From the NCBI GenBank assembly GCA_963674825.1, contig OY771587.1, positions 320,001 to 384,000 of the forward strand: DNA of 64,000 nt, written 5' to 3'. The stretch comes from Candidatus Cloacimonadales bacterium. Its GTDB lineage: Bacteria; Cloacimonadota; Cloacimonadia; Cloacimonadales; JAIOQZ01. A program made the position numbers and the translations under genes. Shown here one piece after another: positions 39,538 through 48,283 of this stretch. Every line of letters starts with the position of its first letter. Within the stretch, counting starts at the first letter, position 1. Below the pieces are notes generated by a model. That model had not been told where the DNA came from. It did no database searches and saw only the letters and a list, made by a program, of their open reading frames with translations.

Positions 39538-40404
39538 CTATCGTGGATACATCTTACCGTAAATATTACGCATGGTATCGGTAAGCCCACCAGTGTACAA
39601 CACTTGATTGTTCAGCATGACTTCGATAGTGGAGTCGTCAAATTGCTTGAACTTCAGGATATCATTGGTCTGTTCGATCCTGAATAGATGTTCATCAGCG
39701 CTAGTATCCAGGTGTCTGATATGGATCAATCTATCTGGATTAACCTCAGAACCTGTTGCTTCGTTGAAAAAATATGCCAACAGCGTCTCGATTGAGCATT
39801 CCCAGTGATGGCAGGAAATCTTTTTAGAGGTAAATATATTGTCTTTGTCCATAGCCTCTTTCATACCATACGGGAAGCGATCCATAGGATCAGTCAATTC
39901 GTAAATCACACATTCTTGTTCACTGAGCCAGAAGACGTCAAATGGCTGACCAATATTCAAGCTTGCATGTTCGCATAGGTAGTTATGATGATACAAGCCA
40001 ACCTGATAGCTTTCCCACCAAAGCCCACTCGGACAGCTAACAAACGCTATCACCACATGATTCTCGCCATGCGGTGAATCGTACGTTCTTTTATCTGTCA
40101 CATGATCCGTGAAACCAAGGCGTGTGTATGGCTTTCCCAGTAGCAAGGGAAAATTGGGTGCGGTTATTTCCAGATATGATATCGCAATGGTAATGATGCA
40201 TGCAGCAACAAACCAACTCAATGGTACGCGAAACCGGTACAGCAAGGACGGATGTTTTGGCTTGACTGCACGGTATCTCATCAGATTTCGGGTATAGAGC
40301 CACGCAATGATCCTGAACAAACCATAGCCGATCAAACTCAACACAAAAAGAATCAGCAAGAGCCATGCAATCAGGAAGCCAAATATAAGTATGTTGAAAA
40401 TCAT
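39538..40404 (-). CDS. Hypothetical membrane protein
   Basis: 288-aa ORF with two N-terminal hydrophobic segments; no motif recognised. Confidence 0.6.
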   Translation of the reverse strand: MIFNILIFGFLIAWLLLILFVLSLIGYGLFRIIAWLYTRNLMRYRAVKPKHPSLLYRFRVPLSWFVAACIITIAISYLEITAPNFPLLLGKPYTRLGFTDHVTDKRTYDSPHGENHVVIAFVSCPSGLWWESYQVGLYHHNYLCEHASLNIGQPFDVFWLSEQECVIYELTDPMDRFPYGMKEAMDKDNIFTSKKISCHHWECSIETLLAYFFNEATGSEVNPDRLIHIRHLDTSADEHLFRIEQTNDILKFKQFDDSTIEVMLNNQVLYTGGLTDTMRNIYGKMYPR

Positions 40405-40539
40405 CTAGCCCACCATTATCGTTTATTATTAAAACACATTATCCCGTACTTTGTTACCCAGGCCAGTGAACCACAATACTTGACGGAAAAATCACCCTGT
40501 GGAGGATTGCACAAAATAAAAAAATGATGAAAAGAATCT

Positions 40540-40938
40540 ATGAAGAAAGCGAAAGTACCGCAAGACAAGACTTCGCTGGAGTATATCCGCGAGCTCTGTT
40601 ACGCTATTGATGAGAACGGCAAATACATAAAGGTGCAGAGTTCCGGCTGGGAAGCGAAGGACACCGCACTCAACCTCGCTTGGGAAGCCCTTAATGATGA
40701 GCTCAAGACGATAATCGAACAGGTACGCGCGGGAACGCTCAGTCCTCTTGCCTTCTATCTGGCAAAGAACCAGATGGATCACGCCATGCTGGCAGGCTAC
40801 ATCGGTATCCCGGCGCGGAAAATCAAGAAACACACCCATCCCAAACACTTTGCCAAGCTCGACGAACCCACTTTGCAAGCCTACGCCGACTTTTTCCGCG
40901 TGACGATACAGCAACTGCAACACCCGGAGATGCCATGA
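40540..40938 (+). CDS. Conserved hypothetical protein (possible HTH-like C-terminus) of BtrH/ABC clusters
   Basis: VPQD..CYAIDENGKY..SSGWE..SPLAFY..M; ATGA-coupled to the next gene. Confidence 0.7.
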   Translation: MKKAKVPQDKTSLEYIRELCYAIDENGKYIKVQSSGWEAKDTALNLAWEALNDELKTIIEQVRAGTLSPLAFYLAKNQMDHAMLAGYIGIPARKIKKHTHPKHFAKLDEPTLQAYADFFRVTIQQLQHPEMP

Positions 40939-41936
40939 GAACCGACTTCCAACATTACCAGGCCGCGCATTGCGAAAGCGGCGTAACCACCGCGCTCCTG
41001 CGCCATCAGGGCTTGCAGATCGAAGAGCCGCAGGTGTTCGGTATCGGAAGTGGCCTTTTCTTCTGTCACCTGCCGTTCGTGAAGGTCTACGGCATCCCCA
41101 TGACCACGTTCCGGTATCTACCGTCAGCCATCTTCAAGTCATGCTGCAAGCGGCTTGGCGTGAAGTTTGTCGTGCATACATACAAGAATCCGCAAGAAGG
41201 CATGGCTGACCTCGACCGGCACCTGGCGAAAGGACACCCGGTAGCGGTGCAGACCAGCGTTTACTGGCTCTCCTACCTGCCCGAAAAGCTGCGTTTCCAC
41301 TTCAACGCACACAACATTATCGTAATCGGTAAAGAAGACAGTCAATACATCATCAGCGATCCCATCCTGCAAGAACCGGTTCAATGCAGCGCGGACGACC
41401 TGCAACGGGCACGGTTTGCACAGGGTGTCATGGCCCCGAAAGGAAGGCTCTACTACCCGCTTGAAGTGCCGCAAAACATCGACTTCTCCATCCCCATGAA
41501 ACAGGGCCTCAAGAAGACCTGCAAACGGATGCTCGAAAACCCCATGCCGTTCTTCGGCGTGAGAGGAATCCGCTTTTTAGGAAAGAAGATCGCCACCTGG
41601 CAGGACAAGCTTGGTCAGCGCAAGGCAGCGCTCTACCTGGCGCAGCTTATCCGCATGCAGGAGGAGATCGGCACCGGAGGAGCAGGCTTCCGCTTCATGT
41701 TCGCATCCTTCCTGCAAGACGCAGCCACCAGACTTAATATCCCCGCGCTCAATGAATGCTCCGCACGAATGACCGAAGCAGGCGACCTATGGCGTGAATT
41801 CGCACTCCTGGCGGCTCGCAACTGCAAAGGCCGCGCGAAACCGGAAGAATCGTACCAGAAACTATCGCAGATCGTGCTCGAATGCGCGGAACGCGAAGAA
41901 CGGATTTACCGTGATATCCTGAAGGCGCTTAAGTGA
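40935..41936 (+). CDS. BtrH N-terminal/DUF4872 papain-like protein
   Basis: HCESG (Cys), FNAHNIIVIG (His), ISDP (Asp), EEIGTGGAGFRFM. Confidence 0.85.
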   Translation: MRTDFQHYQAAHCESGVTTALLRHQGLQIEEPQVFGIGSGLFFCHLPFVKVYGIPMTTFRYLPSAIFKSCCKRLGVKFVVHTYKNPQEGMADLDRHLAKGHPVAVQTSVYWLSYLPEKLRFHFNAHNIIVIGKEDSQYIISDPILQEPVQCSADDLQRARFAQGVMAPKGRLYYPLEVPQNIDFSIPMKQGLKKTCKRMLENPMPFFGVRGIRFLGKKIATWQDKLGQRKAALYLAQLIRMQEEIGTGGAGFRFMFASFLQDAATRLNIPALNECSARMTEAGDLWREFALLAARNCKGRAKPEESYQKLSQIVLECAEREERIYRDILKALK

Positions 41937-42679
41937 TGAACGGCATCCAAATCGAGAATTTGCGCAAGACCTATCGCGGAGCTGACAAACCGGCTGTCGA
42001 TGGACTTTCGATGCATATCCGCGAAGGTGAAATTTTCGGATTGCTGGGCCCGAACGGAGCAGGCAAGACCACCACTCTTTCCATCCTCGCAGGGCTACTC
42101 AAGCCCACCGGTGGCTCCATCTACTATCAGCGCGGTGATTCTCGCATCGACCTGCATGACATGCATGGAAGAATGGGGGTCGTTCCGCAAAACATAGCCC
42201 TCTACCCCACGCTGACAGCCGTGGAGAACCTTCGTTTCTTCGGTGCGATGTACCGCATCGGAAAAGACGAGATGGAAAAGCAAATCAATCATCATCTGAA
42301 GCTATTTGGTCTAGATCAGCATTCCGGCAAGCAAGTCAAAGCCTTCTCCGGAGGCATGAAACGCCGACTCAACCTCATCGCCGGATTACTCCACCAGCCG
42401 GACATCCTGCTGTTGGACGAGCCCACCGCCGGGGTCGACGTGCAGTCCCGAAATGTCATCCTCGATTTCCTGCAAAAACTCAAGGGATGCGGCGCGACGA
42501 TCGTCTATACATCGCATTACCTCGACGAGGCACAAAAGATTTGCGATCACATCAACATTGTCGATCAGGGTCGTACAATCTCATCCGGATCCCCGCAACA
42601 CCTCATGTGCAAGGAACCCGATTGCAGCGACCTGTACGACCTCTTCCTCAAGCTCACCGGCAAGGAACTTAGAGATTGA
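41933..42679 (+). CDS. ABC transporter ATP-binding protein
   Basis: GPNGAGKTT, FSGGMKRR, LLDEPT, SH. Confidence 0.95.
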   Translation: MMNGIQIENLRKTYRGADKPAVDGLSMHIREGEIFGLLGPNGAGKTTTLSILAGLLKPTGGSIYYQRGDSRIDLHDMHGRMGVVPQNIALYPTLTAVENLRFFGAMYRIGKDEMEKQINHHLKLFGLDQHSGKQVKAFSGGMKRRLNLIAGLLHQPDILLLDEPTAGVDVQSRNVILDFLQKLKGCGATIVYTSHYLDEAQKICDHINIVDQGRTISSGSPQHLMCKEPDCSDLYDLFLKLTGKELRD

Positions 42680-42680
42680 T

Positions 42681-43913
42681 ATGAGACTGATCGAATCGAC
42701 CCGCAAAGAGCTCCTGATCCTCCTTCGCGATCCCGTGGGACTTCTGGTCATTTTCGTGATGCCTCTGTTGTTCCTGCTTGTGATCACCCTGCTGCAAGAC
42801 AACACCCTGAAATCGTTCCGCGAAACCCGTTTCGACGCCGCCATCATCAACCTCGATTCACCCGAAATGGGCAAACGTATCGACGACGCGATGCGCAATT
42901 CGCACTACTTCGAGATCGACGAACAGCACGGCCTGGATTCTGAAGCGAAGCTGCGCGAGGCGGTCATGGATGGCCAATACGAAGTGGGAATCGTGATCCC
43001 GAGCGGCTTCGAACAAGCCATCCGACGTCGCACCGAATCGATCTTCCAGCCTTCGGACAGCCTCGCTACCATACCAGAAATCCAGATTATCATCGATCCC
43101 ATGATCTGGACATCGTTCAAGCATGTGATCGAGCTTTCAATCGACCGATTGATCATGGAAATCGAGCGCGAATCGATGTTCGAATCTTCCAGGGACATCA
43201 TCCGGCAAGTTGCGCCGGACGCGGAGATCAAGCTCCCCAATCCCGTACCGCTCTACCACATCGGGCACGCTTCCGCCAATCCCGATCTTCCGCCCAATTC
43301 AAACCAGCAGAACGTCCCGGCCTGGACGCTCTTCGCCATGTTCTTCATCGCGCTTCCGCTGGCGGGTAACTTCATCCGAGAACGCACCGACGGCTGTTTC
43401 CAGCGGCTTCTGACCATTCCCGGAAGCATGGCGAGCTATCTCGGCGGTAAGTTCGTTGTCTATATGACCGTCTGCGTGATTCAATTCGTGCTCATGATGC
43501 TCATCGGACTCTATCTGCTGCCGGTTCTTGGCGCTGGATCGATCAGCCTGGGGAGCCATCCCATCGCTCTGGTCGTCACAATCCTTTCCGCAGCCGCGGC
43601 CGCGACAGGATTCGGCGTGCTGATCGGCGTATTCGCCAAAACCTTCGAGCAGGCGTCGCTGACAGGGGCATTTTCAGTGGTGATCCTTTCTGCGATCGGC
43701 GGCGTTATCGTGCCAGTCTATGCCATGCCCGATTTCTTCCGTAGAATAGCATTCTTGTCGCCGTTGAACTGGGCGCAGGAATCTTTCCTGGCGATCTTCG
43801 TGCGGGATGCTGACATTAACACATTACTACCCAACCTTATCCCACTCTGGGGGTTCTTCCTGGCTATATTCGCAGTCTCGCTTATGAAGCTGCGCAATAC
43901 GTTAAATGATTGA
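42681..43913 (+). CDS. ABC-2 type permease
   Basis: KELLILLRD, QQNVPAWTLFAMFF, ER..G..RL, SPLNW; six TM helices. Confidence 0.9.
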   Translation: MRLIESTRKELLILLRDPVGLLVIFVMPLLFLLVITLLQDNTLKSFRETRFDAAIINLDSPEMGKRIDDAMRNSHYFEIDEQHGLDSEAKLREAVMDGQYEVGIVIPSGFEQAIRRRTESIFQPSDSLATIPEIQIIIDPMIWTSFKHVIELSIDRLIMEIERESMFESSRDIIRQVAPDAEIKLPNPVPLYHIGHASANPDLPPNSNQQNVPAWTLFAMFFIALPLAGNFIRERTDGCFQRLLTIPGSMASYLGGKFVVYMTVCVIQFVLMMLIGLYLLPVLGAGSISLGSHPIALVVTILSAAAAATGFGVLIGVFAKTFEQASLTGAFSVVILSAIGGVIVPVYAMPDFFRRIAFLSPLNWAQESFLAIFVRDADINTLLPNLIPLWGFFLAIFAVSLMKLRNTLND

Positions 43914-43955
43914 CGAAGTTTTATCCTTCTCCATGATTGGATATTGGAGTTAAAT

Positions 43956-44228
43956 ATGAACAAAGACACCCTGAATTCAGAATTGAAAGAAATGATCGTC
44001 GATGTATGTAACCTGCAAGAAGTGGGTATCGACGCCAGTGAGATTGATGACGACGCAATCCTGATCGATCCAAATGGCGATATCGGGCTAGATTCGCTGG
44101 ACGCGGTTGAGATCGTTGCTGCGGTTGAGAAGCAGTACGGTGTGCGGATATCCAACACCAATACATCCCTGAAGGTCCTGCAATCGATCAACACCCTGTC
44201 GGATTACATCATCGCGGAGAAGAAATAG
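43956..44228 (+). CDS. Acyl carrier protein
   Basis: Acidic ~90 aa protein with GLDSLDAVE phosphopantetheine motif. Confidence 0.92.
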   Translation: MNKDTLNSELKEMIVDVCNLQEVGIDASEIDDDAILIDPNGDIGLDSLDAVEIVAAVEKQYGVRISNTNTSLKVLQSINTLSDYIIAEKK

Positions 44229-44279
44229 CAGTATCGCGATTTCCTGCGAAGCCAAACGTTTATGAGATGTAACCGCGGT

Positions 44280-45137
44280 ATGAAAGCGATTGTCGTTGTC
44301 TTGCTACTATGCATGACAGGCATCGTTCATGCCACATCGAAGGAGACATGCACGGGAACCATGATACTCGACGACGCAACCATATACTACGAAACCTACG
44401 GTGAAGGCTCTCCATTGCTGCTAATCGCCGGTCTCGCCTCCGATTCGCAGAGCTGGATGTCCATTGTCAAACCTCTCGCAGAAAATCACCGGGTAATCGT
44501 TTACGACAACCGCACCACCGGACGCACCACCACTACAGAGGATAAGCTCACGCTTGAGATGATGGTAAACGACGCTGTGAATCTTCTCGATCACCTCGGT
44601 ATCGAGAAGGCAGATGTCGTGGGGCACTCCATGGGGGGATCTATTGCTCTGATGCTGGCATCATCGCATCCGGAGCGAGTAAGCAGACTGATCATTGCCG
44701 CATCGCCGCTGAAAATCTCAGAACGAAACCGGCTCATGATGAACGATTTCGTTACCATGCCAAACTACGGCTCTGCCGAGTGGTTCCGTAAGCTCTTCTA
44801 CTGGCTTCTTACGCCTGAATTCTTCGATAATCCTTACGTTGTCGCCTCCGCTCTGGAAACCGCCTCAGGCTATCGTTACCTGCAATCGCTGGAAGGCTTC
44901 CGCAAGCAGGTACAATCGATGGATTACTTTGACGCGACCGAACTTTGTACACACATCAAAGCTCCCACTCTGGTCATCGCCGGTGAGAAAGATATCATCT
45001 TCACTATCGATGAATGCAGAAGGTTGTCCAAGGCCATTGAAGGTGCCAAACTGGAAATCATTCAGGGAGCCGCACACTCGATTCATTCTGAAAAGCCGCT
45101 GGAATTTATCCAGTCGATCGAATCCTTCCTCCGCTGA
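44280..45137 (+). CDS. Alpha/beta hydrolase with predicted signal peptide
   Basis: GHSMGG nucleophile elbow, GEKD, AH; leader MKAIVVVLLLCMTGIVHA. Confidence 0.88.
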   Translation: MKAIVVVLLLCMTGIVHATSKETCTGTMILDDATIYYETYGEGSPLLLIAGLASDSQSWMSIVKPLAENHRVIVYDNRTTGRTTTTEDKLTLEMMVNDAVNLLDHLGIEKADVVGHSMGGSIALMLASSHPERVSRLIIAASPLKISERNRLMMNDFVTMPNYGSAEWFRKLFYWLLTPEFFDNPYVVASALETASGYRYLQSLEGFRKQVQSMDYFDATELCTHIKAPTLVIAGEKDIIFTIDECRRLSKAIEGAKLEIIQGAAHSIHSEKPLEFIQSIESFLR

Positions 45138-45277
45138 GTAGTGTTCATATAAGCACAGAATCATCGTAAAACCGGACACCTGTATCACGATTCGCGCTGA
45201 TATCCCTCCATTTGAGTCCATTTCGTTAGGCACCGTTCTTGCAAGTAGTACCATTGAACAGTATCAACATAGGAGGA

Positions 45278-46936
45278 ATGATGACTCGTGGATTCTTGAT
45301 TCTCATTCTTGTGACGGCATCCATCATGTTGTGCGCCCAGACGCGCATCGATACACTGGCAACCCTGAACAGCTACAATGTCCTTGGGGAGTTCGCAACC
45401 CTCGATTACCAGGGCGATTACGAGGAAATGCTTCAATACCTCAATACCATTTACACCAGCGGTAGCGAACCATATCCACAGGATTTCAATTGCAGCCTCT
45501 ATTCCGCTATCGGCGATGCAAACAACCTCTTCTATGGCCGGAATATGGATAATCCGGCACAAGATGTCATGGTTGCACGCTACACACCACCGAACGGCTA
45601 CAGGAACATCGCACTGAATCGACTTTCCGATCTGGGAATTCCCTCAGGCACCGATCTTACTTCCCTCACCAGCGCTCAAAAAAGACTGCTCCTCAAAGCG
45701 CCCTATTTCACGGCGGACGGACTGAATGAAGCCGGACTTGCTGCCGGCTTGGCTTATGTACCAACCGTTACCTACGTACCGGACCCTGACAAGCAGACGA
45801 TCTACATCACGATGCTCACAAGGCGCATCCTGGACGAGGCCGCAACCTGCCAGCAAGCGCTCGATATCGCCAACAGCTATAACGTGATCGACATGGCCTA
45901 CAACGCAGTTTCGCACCATTTGCTCATTACAGACGCGACCGGTGAATCGGTCATCCTCGAGTTTGTGGTGGATCGGTTCGTCGCCATACCCACCGATGTG
46001 GACTGGCAGGTTCTGACCAACACGGCTATTTACGGACACAATCTAGAGTACCTTTACAGCCACTGTGATCGCTATCCGCTACTGTATGAAGCGCTGGAAG
46101 ACCAGGCCGGAATCCTGACCGGATGGCGCAACGCAATGGATATTCTCTCTCTCACCACCTGGCAAGCAGGATCCCAAGGAACGCAGTGGTCTACCATCGC
46201 ACAGCTGAACGATGCACAGCTTTACATCTCGATCGACCGCGATTTCGATAATATTGCCCGTGTGGATGTCGATAACTTCGAGTTCTTAAATTTCGGTGAC
46301 CTCTACCTGAATCCAATCCTGGTAGATAACGATTACAATGGGCTGTACGAACAGGGAGAAACCATCATGCTCTACCTGGCTGTGTCGGCAGATTTCCCCA
46401 CTCCAGACCTCAGTGTTACGATCGCTGATCCCGAAGGCCTATTGGTCATGACCACAACCGAATATATTTTCGGTGATCTGATCCCTGGTATCGAAATGAT
46501 GAACTCCGAGAGCCCATTCTACTTCACAATCCCAACATACTTTCCGCTCGGAGATGCCACCATCGATGCCAGCTTCACCACAAGCTACGGTCGTACATTC
46601 GAGTACTCTTTCGACTTTGAAGTGGTTGAACCGATATCAACGGATGATGTGACAACCGTGCCACAATTCGAGCTTGATAACAGCCCGAATCCTTTCAACC
46701 CCGAGACGGTGATACACTACGCTATCCCGGAACAAGCGATGACCAGCTTGAAAATCTACAACACGCGCGGCCAGCTGGTTCGCACACTGGTCAGCGATAT
46801 TCAATCGGAAGGGAAGCACGAGATGGTCTGGGACGGAAGGGATCAACAAAGTAAGCCGCTCGCCAGCGGAGTCTATTTCTATCGCCTTGAGTCCGGAAAA
46901 CACACTCTCACCCGAAAACTGATGATGCTGAAATAG
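45278..46936 (+). CDS. Secreted Ntn-hydrolase (choloylglycine hydrolase/linear amide C-N hydrolase-like) with FlgD-Ig/T9SS-like CTD
   Basis: NCS..FYGRNMD, DGLNEAGL, HLLITDATG, LTN; SPNPFNPET...KLMMLK. Confidence 0.82.
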   Translation: MMTRGFLILILVTASIMLCAQTRIDTLATLNSYNVLGEFATLDYQGDYEEMLQYLNTIYTSGSEPYPQDFNCSLYSAIGDANNLFYGRNMDNPAQDVMVARYTPPNGYRNIALNRLSDLGIPSGTDLTSLTSAQKRLLLKAPYFTADGLNEAGLAAGLAYVPTVTYVPDPDKQTIYITMLTRRILDEAATCQQALDIANSYNVIDMAYNAVSHHLLITDATGESVILEFVVDRFVAIPTDVDWQVLTNTAIYGHNLEYLYSHCDRYPLLYEALEDQAGILTGWRNAMDILSLTTWQAGSQGTQWSTIAQLNDAQLYISIDRDFDNIARVDVDNFEFLNFGDLYLNPILVDNDYNGLYEQGETIMLYLAVSADFPTPDLSVTIADPEGLLVMTTTEYIFGDLIPGIEMMNSESPFYFTIPTYFPLGDATIDASFTTSYGRTFEYSFDFEVVEPISTDDVTTVPQFELDNSPNPFNPETVIHYAIPEQAMTSLKIYNTRGQLVRTLVSDIQSEGKHEMVWDGRDQQSKPLASGVYFYRLESGKHTLTRKLMMLK

Positions 46937-47001
46937 TGACATGAAGTCACAGGATTATACGACAAATGGGCTAATTACGTAAACCCGGTGTTTATATAAC
47001 C

Positions 47002-47248
47002 AGCTGTAGGGGCAGACCACTGTGTCTGCCCTTCTCTCTTTCCTGGGAACGCGGACGTCCGCGTCCGCATTGGTTTTCAGATTCCCTGAAATCATCTTCT
47101 GAATGTGGCGAACGAAGTGAGGCTCTTCCGAATGTTGATTTCATGGGAAGTGGATGATAGAAGAAGAGCGGGGAGTAGAGATGCAGAGCTGGAGCTCTGC
47201 GTACCCAGGGGGGAGCTGTAGGGGCAGACCACTGTGTCTGCCCTTCTC
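47002..47248. repeat. Composite REP/REPIN-like element: A - B(fwd) - core - B(rev) - A
   Basis: 35-bp direct repeat AGCTGTAGGGGCAGACCACTGTGTCTGCCCTTCTC at 47002 and 47214; inverted B hairpins at 47043-47070 and 47181-47208. Confidence 0.9.
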
Positions 47249-47402
47249 CTATGGCATGTTGGTCGGTGCAGAAAATTTTTATTGACAGCTTTTTAGATCC
47301 AATATAGGGTTTGGTTAGCATGGACGCATGCTGGCTATTCTGGCACTCCCAATTCACGAGTCGAACCGCTTGATATCAACCTAATAACTACAGGAGATTA
47401 CA

Positions 47403-47735
47403 ATGGTAAGTATCAGCGAAACTGCTCGTATGTCGGCCAATCTTTCCATGGCCATCGGTGAAGCGCAAGCATCCAGCATGGGAATCAACGATTCCGCTTC
47501 AGCTCAGGGACTCGCGGTAACAAATATGATGGATTCTTCCAACGGAAATGCTTATAACCTCAGCATCGGTAACAACGCACAATTCCAGACTTACAATGCA
47601 AAAGGTCAGCTCGGAGCTGATGTAGTCAATTCAACCTTGAACACAATGAATTCCGGGCAATTCCGGCGCGGTGGATCGCAGCAGGCGAGTTATCAATTCA
47701 CGAAAGGCGTGCTGGGCGGGTATTACGGAGGTTGA
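47403..47735 (+). CDS. Small Asn/Ser/Gly/Gln-rich hypothetical protein
   Basis: AGGAG RBS, upstream TTGACA-N17-TAGGGT (47282-47310), 110-aa ORF. Confidence 0.7.
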   Translation: MVSISETARMSANLSMAIGEAQASSMGINDSASAQGLAVTNMMDSSNGNAYNLSIGNNAQFQTYNAKGQLGADVVNSTLNTMNSGQFRRGGSQQASYQFTKGVLGGYYGG

Positions 47736-47924
47736 TTAGAGGGCGAGGCTGATCAGTAGAAGGACTGTCACGATAAACGGAATCGCAACAAGCTGCATAA
47801 CGCAACCGGACTTGTTATTTGTCCTGAAATCACGATCACGAAGATTGTGCATGCGTCGCCGCATCTCGTAAAAATCTTCACGATCTTCGTGTTCTGTATC
47901 TTGATGTTTTTGTTCGTCTGACAC
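47736..47924 (-). CDS. Small tail-anchored membrane protein
   Basis: GTG start after AAGGA; charged N-terminus, SGC, then a C-terminal TM helix. Confidence 0.5.
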   Translation of the reverse strand: MSDEQKHQDTEHEDREDFYEMRRRMHNLRDRDFRTNNKSGCVMQLVAIPFIVTVLLLISLAL

Positions 47925-48189
47925 GTGATTGTTCCTTCCATTTCTGAAATCACCCGAAGTCATGAACCATTCCCAAGGCATTGCAGAAAACAGAGAAATT
48001 AACCGAAAGCACTGATTTCGGGAGTTAAATACAAAAACACCATAATCCATCATCCTGTCAAGCCTCGAATATTTTTTCTTTGCCTGGATTTCAATAAATC
48101 CATGCAGGAATGCAGGATAATTTTCAATCAATACACAATAATGAGCAATATTCATTTTATGATATTCCGACGTTTTCCCCAGCCGGGAT

Positions 48190-48216
48190 ATAGCAGTCAT
48201 GATGCATGAGTGCTAA
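48190..48216. promoter_or_regulatory. CIRCE (HrcA operator)-like site
   Basis: ATAGCAGTC-N9-GAGTGCTAA versus consensus TTAGCACTC-N9-GAGTGCTAA, upstream of a chaperone gene. Confidence 0.8.
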
Positions 48217-48222
48217 TTTTGA

Positions 48223-48251
48223 TTGACAACTTTCACCCCTCGCTTTATTTT
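48223..48251 (+). promoter_or_regulatory. sigma70 promoter of htpG
   Basis: TTGACA-N17-TATTTT immediately after the CIRCE. Confidence 0.65.
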
Positions 48252-48283
48252 ATCGCAAAAATCAAATACAGTGAGGTAGTATT

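Noticed and set aside
42453..42680. N-terminal extension of the ABC permease ORF
   Set aside because: It overlaps the ATPase gene; the plausible start is ATG 42681.
47087..47143. Integron attC site in the repeat core
   Set aside because: It lacks RYYYAAC/GTTRRRY ends, and there is no intI or cassette array.
47925..48200. Upstream part of the 154-aa minus-strand ORF
   Set aside because: It runs through an AT-rich promoter region into the CIRCE; only the last 62 codons have an RBS and protein-like composition.
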